From: Blasia pusilla
Taxonomy: Eukaryota
DNA length: 64,000 nucleotides
Direction: 5' to 3'
Assembly (NCBI GenBank): GCA_050084515.1
Contig: CM114271.1
Coordinates: 47,988,001-48,052,000, forward strand
Both the position numbers and the translations under genes were made by a program. Of this stretch, positions 13,022 through 24,949 are shown in pieces. Below the pieces are notes generated by a model. The model had not been told where the DNA came from, did no database searches, and saw only the letters and a program-made list of their open reading frames with translations. The stretch's first letter is position 1; each line of letters starts with the position of its first letter.

Positions 13022-13940
13022 TGATGGTAGCTCGGGGCGTGGGCGTGAGAGGCGGAGTAGGGAGCAAGGAGCAAGCAAGCAAGCTTTCTTGCTTGGGCGT
13101 GAGGCATTTTTAGCAGGATTTGTGATTTGAGTGTTGCATAACAGGTCACCCATCTTTGGGCTATTCTGCGTGGAAGACGCTTAATTGCTGAGTTCTTAAC
13201 TATGCCACTATACACACTGTTGTAGCTCATTTGGTGCTGTTCGGAGAGGTGTTAGGCACTTTATGCATTTCAAGTTTTTGGTTGATGGACCTCTAGCCCA
13301 TCGTGTGGTGTAGCCTCTCCATGCAGGTGATATTTTCAGGTGCTGCGAGTTCGATTAGCATGTCATCGACCCGCGGAGGAGTAGCTATTACGTTAGAATT
13401 GTGTGGTGGGTTTTCTGGATTCAGGGGATTCAGGGGAGCGCCACGTTTGGTGGATTGTGTTACCTTTATTTCTATTTGCGATAGGAGGATTGTGGTTGGA
13501 CTTCCTGTGTTTGGATCCCCTCCATCGTTGCTTCTTGCTTGCGCGCCCATTATTAGGGTTGACGCTAATTTCCAGAGTAGTGTTACTCCTGTGTGCTACT
13601 GGTAGTGAGGCTCGAGTGATGGCCAGTAGACCGTGGGAAGCTTCTTGTGGTGATGACAGGTTAGGTTGCCTACACCCATAGCTAGTAGAGCTAGAATAGT
13701 ACAGCGACATCGACGTCACTTTATTACTTAGTGGTGGTAATTTGGTGGTGGGGCGGCATCGGCGTTGGTCATCACGGAGCTGTCTGGTGGTCTGGTTGGG
13801 GACAGTGGTGGTTTCACACGGAGTGGATTTAGGTATCGGCACCTTTTCCACTTCCGACGGTTGATGAAGAGGAGGACGAGGGTGTTCCAAACACCTAGTC
13901 TTCTACGTTGTTATCGAGTGTTGCAGCTTCATTGATTTGG

Positions 13941-15411
13941 GACATGGACGGGATATATGGGGCCATGAAGGGCCCACGACGATACTCGGGTGCAGTGGGC
14001 ACCATTGGGTTGGAGGACTTCATGCAGGAGTTTGATACGTGGTGTGATATGCAGATGTTGCGGAACGCCACGTTGTTTACACCCTTCTTGGCTTGGAAGG
14101 GGTTGTTTCAGAACTTGGAGGGACCACTCATGGATGATTACCATGAGTTTAGGAAGGACCATGTTGCTGAGATTGAGGCGTGGAGACAATATTGGTCTCC
14201 AGGCTATGTGTTTATCACCCATGGTGGTATAGGTAGTAGTGCTCCTACTATGCCAGCCAGCCCGACGTTGAGTGGTACGAGTATGAGCCGGAGTGGGGGT
14301 ACCAGTGGAGGTACCCATGGAGGTACCAGTGGGGGTACCAGTGGAGGTACCAGTGGGGGTACTAGTGGAGGTACTGGTGCCCCACCATCGTTTAGCCCGG
14401 TTGCAGAGTTCTTCAAGAGGTTGAAGAAGAACTATCAAGGAGTGAAGACAGAGAAGTTGAGGAGTCTTCAAGAATTTGAGCGAAAGACTGGTGAGAGTCT
14501 TTGTGAGGCATACACTCGTATATGACCCTTGATTTCAATTACCCAGGGTGTGACTGAGGCTCAGGCAGTCTTGTTTTGGTATGGGATCTTGGACAGAGAG
14601 TTGCGCCGCAGCGTACGTGATGCTACTCTTATGAGTGATGATTCACCCACATTGACCCATGTGTTTGCTCTATCTGAGAAGATTGAGCTTACCATGGTGA
14701 AGGAGAGAGTGGTGACATCGGCATTCAGTAGGGATACAACTACTACTTCTCGTGTTCATCAGCCCACCTCACAGTCTCGTAGTTGTGGTGGTGGTAGTAG
14801 TAGTGGGAGTCGTGGGGGGTACACACGACCTCAGTCAGGTCCTATAGGGACACTTGCGCAGAGACCATTGCCTTCATTTTTGCCCTGCCCCAAAGAAGGG
14901 ACGATCATGTTGGACATGTGGAGGTGATCATGTTAGGAAGTTTTGTCCCCAAGAGGATGGGAGACGGACTTTGGAGGATGGGCCTCAGTCGGCCCCAACT
15001 CAATGTGATCATTGCGGGAGACTAGGTCATCCTCGAGAGCGTTGCTTTGATCTTCATCCAGAGTTGAGATTAGGCCGCGGCCGTGGTGGAGTAGCTCCGA
15101 GAGGCCGAGGTGGTAGAGGTGGTAGGGGTGGTAGAGGTGGTAGAGGTGGACCAGTGGTTGGAAAGCCTACGGTGGCTACCCCTACCACTACGACAGAGGC
15201 AGGTATGGCTGCCATGATTGAGCACTTGGAGCAAAAGTTGGCTACTATGGCTGGTATCCAGCATAGATCAGGCTCGGGAGCAGGGGCTTCCACCTCATAT
15301 GGAGGGGATGATCTCTCTTATACGGCGAGTGCAGCACAAGTTGAGGCATCGGCTGCAGTTACGAGAGGAGCCACGTGGTGCTACTGTGGAGTTGGACCCA
15401 TAGAGGGGTGA
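13941..15411 (+). pseudogene. gag: gag with two zinc knuckles and RGG tract
   Basis: CWTCGGDHVRKFC and CDHCGRLGHPRERC knuckles, (GGR)n, GGTS repeats; a stop at 14523-14525 and a frameshift near 14880. Confidence 0.8.
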
Positions 15412-15777
15412 GGTTGGGAGGCAGGCTAGGCTTCCCCAGTCATTCTTGTTGTTTGAGGTGCATAGGTCTCCATCCATGGTTCCTACGCAACCTATTGAGC
15501 CGACAGTGGGGACTGAGGCATCTACATCGCGTGTAGTAGACACGAATGCAACATCCAGTGCAGTATTGCGGATGGCAACTTCAGTGTTGGGATCCCCATT
15601 GTTTTCAGTGTTGCGGTGGAGCGACCCTCTATGTCAGGTGTAGCATTGAGTACTAGTGCTACTTGGCAGGCAGCAGCGGCGAAGATGGATGCATTACCAG
15701 CCCGGCCAGCCATTGATCGTGAGAGGCTTACACATGGTGTATGTATGTTGGACAACCGGAGTGGGATATTCCGATAG

Positions 15778-16110
15778 GTGAGTCCTACAAGACAGGTGTA
15801 TAGACCAGATAGATTCTTGTTAGACTCTGGTGCCCAACCTTTGATGTTGGGAAAGGCGGCATGTATTAGTTTGGGTATTCGGAGGTCAGAGCTTGAGCCT
15901 TGCCCATTTCAGATTCAAACATCACTTGGAGGAGCCAATGATAGGTTTCAAAAAATGACACGGGAGAAGTTTTCTGTACAATTGAGACCAGATCATGCGA
16001 CTAATAGCTCCCGGTTGGGAGTATCTGCGGTAGTCACATTAGCCGAGTCGTATGATGTACTAGTTGGAGGAGCAGTATTGTACCCGATGGGTTTTCAGAT
16101 GGATTACTAG
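15778..16110 (+). pseudogene. Retroviral-type aspartic protease
   Basis: FLLDSGAQ catalytic motif and a downstream YDVLVG. Confidence 0.8.
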
Positions 16111-16549
16111 ACTGAGACAACATCTTATAGACCTGGTTGGCAGTCTGGGGATGGATGTATGAGCCAAGTTCCTGTGAGATTTATTTATGGGGCTCGACCA
16201 GGAGGGTCTTCCCCAACAGTGTTGGCATCTGTGGCAGGTTTTAGTGGAGTAGTCACTTGGCCAGGAGACTTTTTGGAGGATAATGTTTCTGCTATGGATT
16301 CTCCTGTGCATGAGGAGGTAGAGGAGGTCCCTATTTTTGCAGCAGTGGCATCCTCATCGTTGGATGTGCCACTTTGGAGTTCAGGCGGTGCACTACGGCA
16401 GGAGGCTAATCGCCTAGTGCAGGAGGCTTGGTGTGAGGCTGTTATACCTCACGAGGAAGAGGAGGCCCCACGGCGGACTCCTACTTCTGGTCCAGTTGGG
16501 TTATCCCCTCTGGATACTACACCCATTGTATGGGAGTATCTGCCGGAGG

Positions 16550-17500
16550 GAATTTGTGTGTTAGATCTCTTTGGTGGGATTAGCACTGGTTTGGCCGAAG
16601 TGTTGCAGGCCGATATTCCTGTGCGGAGATACGTGTATGTGGAGCGAGATGAGACGGCCCAGAGAGTCTCATCCCGACATATTGGTCAGTTGATACGGAG
16701 ATATCATGAGTTATTTCCGCCATCAGCTATTCGTGGGTACCAGCCTGCTTTGCTGTCACACATTGCATTGTTGGGGGCACTGGACCTTGAGAGGGTTGGT
16801 CCTGTGGATTTGATGATTGCTGGATGGCCATATCAGGGTCATACAAGTGCTGGTCGTGATGAGGGATTACACGACCCTAGGTCTCGATTGTTTTGGGAGA
16901 TGTTACGGGTGTTACGACATCTTCAGGTTCATCAGGCACGTGCTCTAGCTTACATTCTAGAGAATGTTCCATTGTTGGGTGACACTCGGACCCGGATGAT
17001 GGCGAGTGTTCATAAGGTGGGGTCTTGGATTGGACTTGCGGTGTTGTTGGATGGAGCGCGAGTTGGCTCGCGTGCACATCGTCCATGCTTGTGGTGGACA
17101 AACTTGTTGCCTAGGGAGGTTCTACGTCGAGCATATGATGTAGTGCAGCGGGATCCTTGCCTTACAGTGGATAGTATCTTGGATATTGGGCGACTTTCTC
17201 ATGTGGTGAGGGTTATTGATTGGTCACCCATGGCAGTGGTGAACCGTGTGGGCCAGCCTAGGATGGCACTACCCACATTTGTGAGTTTTCCCTCGTCACA
17301 TGCATACAGGGAAGGTGGTCCCGGGCTTGTATGGGATTCTCATGTGCGATAGTTGGTGGAGCCTAAGGCTGATGAGAGAGAGCGTGCGATGGGATTTGCT
17401 ACTGGTGTGACAGCGGTTGCTTCCATTTCTGAGGCTTCACGACATCATGTGTTGGGTCAGGCCATGGACCTGAATTGTTTGACTTGGATTTTGATTCTTG
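16550..17500 (+). pseudogene. C5 cytosine DNA methyltransferase domain, DNMT3-like, inside pol
   Basis: Motif I VLDLFGGISTG, II YVERDE, IV DLMIAGWPYQG (PCQ->PYQ), VI YILENV, VIII AHRPCLWWTNL, IX-X ERERAMGF...SRHHVLGQAM. In-frame stop at 17350-17352. Confidence 0.88.
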
Positions 17501-17859
17501 GTATGGCCAAGCAGCGTCGACTTCGGACTATGTCTGTGGGTCTTCCACCCCTTGTAATGAGCTCGATGGCTACCAGGACGGTAGAGGCATCGGCTGGGGG
17601 CAAGGAGAGTAGTATTTTGCATCCTTGGAGTAAATGGGATGTAATGGTTGGGCATGTGGAGTTGGTTGCTCATGCTGGTGGAAGAGTTATTTTCTCAGAT
17701 GATGGTGTAGCTAAGGGTGTACCATCTTGTGAGGGGGTTGCGTAGCAGCCAATGGTATCGTCCTCTACCTCTAGTGTGCCAGTGGAGGAGACTTGGGAGC
17801 CATTACTTAGGCCCAAGCTTACGGGAGGTGTGAAACAACGCTTGACATAGTTCCTACGT

Positions 17860-19190
17860 GCTTATAGGAGTTGTTTTGCCTTTAGCATGAAGGAGTTGGG
17901 TGCTCTGGTTGGACCCGGTATACGGATTGATTCGGCTAGTGATACGCCAATTTCCGTCATCCCTATCGATATAGTGATATGGAGAGGGACCTGATTCAGA
18001 GTAGGACGTTGGACCTTTTGGAGGCTGGATTAGAGAAGTTGTCGCATGGAGAGTATGCACCAGCCACTCTCATGCCTCATAAAAAGGATATGCATGGCAA
18101 CTACACGGATAGGCGGATGTGTGGAGATTACCGTCCTATCAATCGACAAACCAAGGCCGATAGGTATGCCATGCCTACACCTGAGGAGATCTTTGATGTG
18201 GAGGGACAGGCAAAGATTTTCAGTATTTTTGGATCTTGGCAGATACCATCAATTGCCGATTCGGGAGAGTGACAAGGCCAAGACAGCATTTTGGGGTGTC
18301 AACTCTCATGGCAAGGATTGTTTATACCAGTGGAAATTCTTACTCTTTGGGTTGAAGAATGCACTTGCCGAGTTTCAGAGAGTGATGGACAGGATCCTAG
18401 CAAGGTTGGATTTTTTCGGTGTTACATTAATGATATCTTGGTGTTCAGTAACACGGTGGAGAAGCTTCAGATATATTTGCAGATGGTGTTTGAGCGGTTG
18501 AAAGCTCATGGTCTACGTTTGCATCCAGGAAAGTGTAAGTTCTTCCATGAGGATGTTGAGTACTTGGGTCATGTGATCTATCTAGGTGGTTTGGGAGTTC
18601 AGCAAGCAAAGGTGGAGGCTATTGCACTTATTCCGTGTCCGGTAGATGTGAGTAGAGTTCGAGCATTCATGGGATTGGCGAACTTCTGTCGGAGGTATGC
18701 GAAGGGATTTAGTGCTATGGCAAAGCCTTTGAACCAATTGCCGAAATCAGATCAAGAGTGGCATTGGGGAGATGATCAGGACAGAGCTTTTGTGGAGCTT
18801 AAGGCCCAGTTGGTGGCGGTGCCTATCTTGAGGAGACCTATCATAGGGCGCCCATTTCAGTTACACATTGATTGGAGTAGGTTGGGACTTGGAGCGGTGT
18901 TGACACAACATGATGATGAGCACATGGAGTTTCTGGTGGCCTATGCAAGTCGTTCGAATAATGCAGCGAAGTTGCGCTATAGTTCATATGAGGGAGAGTG
19001 CTTGGCAGTAGTGTGGGCTGTGGCACACTTTAGGTGTTACTTGTTTGGCACACAGTTTACCCTTGTTATCGATCACCAACCGCTCAAGTGGTTGATGGAG
19101 TCGACAAGCTTACAGGAAGCTTGCACGGTGGGCTCTTATCTTACAGAGTATGACTTCCGGTGGTACATAGACTGGAGTTGCCAACCTTGA
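17860..19190 (+). pseudogene. Reverse transcriptase + RNase H (frameshifted)
   Basis: RMCGDYRPINRQT...YAMP, FGLKNA, YINDILVFS (YIDD variant), KCKFF..VEYLGH; RNase H LHIDWS.LGLGAVL, AYASR, YSSYEGECLAVVW, IDHQPL. Confidence 0.93.
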
Positions 19191-19569
19191 TCTTTGATGG
19201 GTTGAGTAGGAACCCATGTACTAGCCAAAAGGATACAATGGGGCTAGATGGCATGGCGAGGTTGATGAGGAGATGGTGCCAGGTTGGCATGCATCCGCCT
19301 TTTTATGTTGGTTAGGGGTGGACTCTAGTATGGAGGACCACATGATATCTTACTCTAGTCAGAGGGTAGATGGCCAGCCTTCAGATCCTAAGGTTGGAGA
19401 TGGTGGTACGGATCAGCGTGATATTCATGATGATGCGTTGGTGTTGGAGTTCCTACGGACCAATAAGGTGCCAAGCATAGTGAGTGCCAAGGAGCGAGAC
19501 CGTGTTCTTCAACGTGCTAAGAGGTATCAAATGGAGGGAACACATATTCTCCGTGTGTGGGAGGATGGT

Positions 19570-20862
19570 AGAGTACGAGTAGTGCCGTATTTGGCTCAGA
19601 GAGAGCGCATTGTGCGAAATGCCCATGAGGAGTTGGGATATTTTGGTGTTAAGCATACGTATAGCTTACTCCTTGGTCAGTATTGGTGGCGTGGCATGCA
19701 TACTCAGGTGCAGCAGTTGGTGTCATGTTGTATGGTTTGTCACCGGGTGAGGGCATCATTCATTGTCCCTACACCAAAGTTACACCCCTTGCCTATTATG
19801 GGGTTGGGTTACTGTTGGAGTGTGGACTTTGCGGGACTGTTACCGTTGACTGTTCGACATCATCGATATGTGTTGGTGATGGTGGAGCACTTCTCCAAGT
19901 GGATTGAGTTGGTGGCATTACTTGACAAGGCAAGTGAGGGAACGGTGTATGCGTTTCTTGATAGAGTGCTTAGTCATTTTGGTGCACCAACTGAAGTGGT
20001 GATCGACCAGGATACAGAGTTTTAGGGTGAGTTTCAAGTTTTGTGTGAGAAGGCGTTGATTGATCATCGGACCACGTCTCGAGATCATCCAGAGGCGGAT
20101 GGTTTGGCTGAGCGTGTGGTTCAGATGGTGAAGAGGGCATTGCGCAAGTATGGCCTACAGAAGGGGCATCTTGGAGACTGGGATATTCAGTTGCCATGGT
20201 TAGCCATGGGGTATAGGTTCAGTCGCCAAGCATCCTTGGCTTCCTTCTCACCTTATTTTCTGTTATACGGCCGAGATCTAGACTTGTCTGCAGCAATTCG
20301 TCGGGAGTCTAATGAGGTGGTGAACCTTGATGATCCAGAGATGTGGATAAGAGTGTGTTCACAGCGGGTAGAGCTCTTCCGGAGAGTTATGCCAAAAGCC
20401 TTTGAGAATCTTGCCATTGCTCAACACAGGGATACGTTGCGGTATGCAACCATTCGGGGTGGAGGTTATCGACCATCGATTCGTAGGTTCCATGTGGGAG
20501 ACTTTTTCTATTTGCAGTTGATTGCACTGACAACGTTGGATGTGACGGCAGGCCGCACTATTTTACGAGTGCGCGAGATGTTAGCTTCTGGAGTTCTCAT
20601 GTTGGAGGGTCGTGATGGAGTTGTTTGGAAGGACCATGTGCGCAATTGTGCGCCATGTCATCTTCCAAATGTGGATGGTACTGTTGACCGAAGCTTAGCC
20701 ATGATACGTGCTAGCTTGAGGTGCATGTTGTGTGGGTCTGCTGGTAACGCAGCCCGTATGTTGGTGTGTGATCGGTGTTATAGGGGTTGGCACATGATGT
20801 GTTTGACTCCACGTATGGATGTTGTTCCTACTAGAAGGTGGGGTTGTCCTTGATGTACTTAG
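19570..20862 (+). pseudogene. DDE integrase with C-terminal PHD finger
   Basis: Zn region HEELGYFG...CMVC; core VDFAG...EHFSKW...IDQDTEF...HPEADGLAER. PHD is CMLC...VCDRC.RGWH..CL......WGCP*C, with a TGA at 20851 in place of one codon and then TGT. Confidence 0.9.
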
Positions 20863-21036
20863 GAGAGGTAAATGACTTGATCTTTGCATGATATGGATTA
20901 CAGATGTGCGACTAACGATGGGGCAACCTAGCACCCGGCCTTCTGATTCGTGCACCCAAGAAGGTGTATAGCATGTAGTAGATGTATAGGGCTACCTGGG
21001 AGTTAGAGGGACCTAACCGCCAATTATGGGGGCGAG

Positions 21037-21141
21037 TTGTGGTACACTTGTGTTTGTGGATGCTCTCGTCTATGTTATGTATGTATGTGAGTTTGGTATG
21101 TCAGCGATGTATGTTGTATGACGATGTGGATTTGCACGACA
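21037..21141 (+). repeat. Repeat B1 (105 bp, ends GCACGACA)
   Basis: Near-identical to 21513-21617. Confidence 0.9.
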
Positions 21142-21143
21142 GC

Positions 21144-21617
21144 TGTCATGACCATACAGATTATGTCGTAGAGTATAGTGTGCTAGTAGAGACCATACCT
21201 TATGTAGGGCCGATGTGTCTAGGTAGAGATGCGATTTCATACATAGGGTTGGGAGTTACTCAATAAAGGGTGACTTTTCCAATAGGGCCCGCTCTTAGGT
21301 TGGAGGATATAAGGTGGAGTGCACTCAAAGAACCGTTAGTTCTTTGAGTTGAGCGTGTTGCGTTGGGAGTTAGCCTTGGTAGTGAGTAGAGCTCTTGGCT
21401 ATGGTGTTTCTCGCAAGCTTCGACCTAGATTCTCCCATCGTGGAGTGGGTTTGGCTCGATTGTATGTGATTCTATACGTGTTTTATGACAGTAGGTCTTT
21501 CACGGATTTCAATTGTGGTATTCTTGTGTTTGTGGATGCTCTCGTCTATGTTATGTATGTATATGAGTATGGTATGTCAGCGATGTATGTTGTATGACGA
21601 TGTGGATTCGTACGACA
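21144..21617 (+). repeat. 3' terminal repeat A2+B2 (complete LTR-like unit TG...CA)
   Basis: A2 at 21144-21518 matches A1; B2 at 21513-21617 matches B1. Confidence 0.9.
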
Positions 21618-24342
21618 AGGAGAAAGAGACGTTAGGCTTTATGATAGTCCCTGTCAATTTTTATCGGAATGTTCAATTCAAAATATTTTTTAACTTTGTT
21701 GTAGATGGTAAAGTTGTGCACGTTGTGCAATAGACGATGCGTAATTTGGAGTTGGGATCAAAAAGAAATGGACAATCTTGCAAAATTTCCAATGGTGGGG
21801 ATTTTTAGGGTTAAATTATTCATACCCTAAACCACCCGCTGCGTTGGTGGCAGCCTTTGCCGTCCATGGCCCATGTTGATGATCAACAGTCATTGTTAAT
21901 GGTCAAGTATCATCGTCACCGTCAACGGTACACCATCCATCGTGGGCTGCCGCCACCGCCTAGCACTGTTGAGATCCGCGTTCGGCCATTGCCCACCCTT
22001 GGTTGCTATTGCCGCCATTTCGGAGTGGAGATTCTTCCACGACGAGCGTTGATTCTCTGACTTGCGCCAAGTGTTTATCTTGATTTCCGAGAAACACCCT
22101 TGTCTCCAAACCTTGAGTTTGTGTAGATGTACACCTAATCCCTGGCACCCTTGTTGGTCAATTTATTCCTATGCTTTGTTATGGATAAAACCATAACTAC
22201 TCCAATTTCTCTTGGTTGAAGAGGAAGAAACCACTTGTGCTAATATGGACTTAGCCACAAAGCGCAATGTTTGCGCATTTTCTTCGTGCATGCTCCATCA
22301 ATCAAAGGGGCTAAGTGAATCGATAACTTCCCTACCAAACTCGTCCAGAAATAGTTCCACATGGTTCACAATATTGCCCAACTTTCGCAAATAATTACCT
22401 ACATAAGAATTAGCTTTGGTGACATTGAGGCCATGCACCCCCTTTGCATGAAAATTTAGATATTGTTTGAAATCTCTCATGCACTCAACATTTGAAGTGA
22501 TATCTTGAACACTATTAAGAAGATTCTAAGGGGCGAGGATGTAGCCTATTGAATGCAACTTGTTGTGGATAAGTGCCCATGACCTAGAAATAACATCAAC
22601 CATTTCCGTAGCATTGGACATTTTCACAAAGAAACCGCAACGCCTTCCCTTCATACTGGGCCACAGAGTTATAGAAAAAGAATAGACCGCTTCCATTATC
22701 TCAAATATGTGGCAATAAATACGCATTGTCATTGCTTTATGCCCATCACACTCTCTTAACAGAATAATAGTTGGTAAATCAGCATCAAACTACTCTTCAT
22801 CTTCTATCCAAAAATCGTGATTGGCCATAAAAGTCTCAATCTCTCGTGCCTTTTCCCTTGCCTCGTATTGCTCCCATTAAATACTCCCTAAAATAATTTG
22901 TGGAAATTATGGCTTCCATGAATTTGGCCATCACCCAAGTTCTAGTCCTCACAAATATTACCATCTCACGAGCTTGTGCAAAAATCCTGTTCACCCGAGA
23001 TTATTTACCTCATTCTTCACATGTTAGATCAAGAGAATGTGATACGCATCCACCCCAAAGAATATAAGAAAACTTTGCTTCGATTAGTCTCTTTGTTGCT
23101 CGCTCATTACTAACATTGTCTATTATAAGTTGCAACATACTTTTCTTGATTGATATGCATGATAGTCCTCTCTATGTGACCTGCCAACCATTCTGCCATT
23201 TGGGACTCCCCCTTGGTGTCTACCGACTCAATCATGATCTCACCTTGTGGACATGAGACCATGATGTTCACTAAAGACTCACTCCTCACATTGGTCCAAG
23301 AATCCTTGATGATCTCGGCCCCCAAACGCAAATTATCCAATATGCCATCCACCTTTTCCTTCATCTTTCCCATATGTTTCTCAAGTAGGGTGGTGCGCAA
23401 CGAATTATAACTAGGATGTGAGTAATCCTTCACTCTTGTTGTTGCCAACATTGCTTGTTTGATAGAATCTTTCCGTACTACATTGAATGTTATTTCACAC
23501 TCATATAAACACTCCTCCCACATGTCATTTGCAACTTTTATTCCTTGGATGTTGAAAGAATCCCTCTAATCAGCTTGCTTTGTCCCATAACTATGAGTCC
23601 CTCGAATCGGCCCAGCAACACCATTGCATTCCTTTAGACTATCACACGGTGGCATGTGTGCAACCCCATTAACATTTGGTACAACATTAACACTATTTCC
23701 TATCTTTCGCAAACCTATGTATAATATAATGGCGTTGTATCCACTTCACTAGAGGATCTCATTTCCCTTCTGTATCCATTTCCCACAAGTACCTTGTTTC
23801 AAAGGTCCCATTGCATACCAAGAGGGACCTTCACATATAATTTGGCATGATGGGTATCTTGATTCCCATCTTTTGTCTTTTGTGTCTCTCTTGCAAAATA
23901 CTCCACCATCTGCGCGATATGATAAGTTTTCATAAAACATGAGCAATACTTACACCGCCATATGCTTGATGTTCTACCTTCTATTTGTACTTCTTTTTAA
24001 TGTTCCTTCACGATATGTTTGAGTTCTTTGGCTTTGGTCATGACTATAGGCACACACTAACCTCACCCAACAATATTTGGATAATTTGCAATAAATTTAC
24101 AAATCCGATAAAATGCAAGAAAAATAAAATGCAAGATATATCGAGCGATAAAATGTATGCAAATTACACCAAATATTAATTTTTAATGCTCCAATAATAA
24201 ACTTTTAACACTCACTATGAACAAGAAAAAAATATGCTAACCTAGATAACCGAGATAACTTAAATTATGAGGGTTATCCCGTAGCAAAACATATTCTCAC
24301 TTATCAAGTTCAACTATCTATGAAGAGAAAAACTTCAGAGAA

Positions 24343-24525
24343 AGAGAGATGTAGGGAGGAATAAGATTGTGAGGGTATACAAAAAATGAGAGAGATGTAG
24401 GGATGAATAAGATTGTGAGGGTATACAAAAAATGAGAGGGATGTAGGGAGGAATAAGATTGTGAGGGTATAAAAAAATGAGAGGGATGTAGGGAGGAATA
24501 ATATTGTGAGGGATACAAAAAATGA
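24343..24525. repeat. ~43-bp tandem repeat x4 upstream of hAT copy 1
   Basis: GAGGGATGTAGGGAGGAATAAGATTGTGAGGGTATACAAAAAAT units. Confidence 0.85.
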
Positions 24526-24949
24526 ACAAGTTTATATAGGGGAGGATGGAAGGAAAAGAATGAACCCTTATAACTCCCCAAATCATCTATCCCCACTTAC
24601 ACTTTATTACTAAACCATCTCCACTAATCACTATTTAGCAAATATGATTTTGCTCTCCTATCCGATTTATTTTTCACATATCCTAACCTCTTTATCTACA
24701 TTTATTTCCAACTAACCTATTTTCCAATACAACCACCCTATTCAATCATATTTTTACATTCTCCTTTCTTTCTCCACCAATACTATTCCCATTTTTTCAG
24801 TTACTTTTATTTCTAACTAACCTATTATCTACTACAACAACCCTATTATAATCCCTCAAGCCTTCAATCACCCTTCCCCTACAAAAATTGCATTTAAGTC
24901 CACTCGAACTTTGCTTCATCTCGGTTGCATGCCATCAACCTGCTAGTAG

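Larger units (their letters stand above)
11997..21617 (+). mobile_element. Full-length degenerate Ty3/gypsy-type retrotransposon: gag-PR-DNMT-RT-RNaseH-IN-PHD with split terminal repeats
   Basis: TGTC...GACA ends with 4-bp TSD AGGA (11993-11996, 21618-21621). Domain order PR-RT-RH-IN is gypsy-type. Confidence 0.92.
11156..22055 (+). mobile_element. Truncated retroelement of a related split-repeat family (5' A repeat 11156-~11660), host of the nested gypsy element
   Basis: Starts TGTCACGTC exactly where hAT homology breaks. Matches the reverse complement of 8780-9349 up to GAGAGATTTCA, then diverges. Its 3' end is missing. Confidence 0.6.
10693..24050 (-). mobile_element. Decayed hAT transposase copy 1 (DUF659 / dimerization region), split by a nested insertion at 11156-~22055
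   Basis: 22056-24050 encodes ...DSWTNVRSESLVNIMVSCP...ESVDT...AEWLA... and a dimerization-like segment; 10693-11150 is the C-terminal tail. Collinear with copy 2 (51287-54113). Many stops and frameshifts. Confidence 0.8.

Noticed and set aside
16159-17352. Host DNMT3/DRM gene or bacterial restriction-modification contamination
   Set aside because: Intronless and embedded between protease and RT inside a TSD-bounded retroelement.
11997-21617. DIRS/Ngaro tyrosine-recombinase element
   Set aside because: Despite split repeats and an MTase, it has an aspartic protease, a DDE integrase, TG...CA ends and a TSD. No tyrosine recombinase motif was seen.
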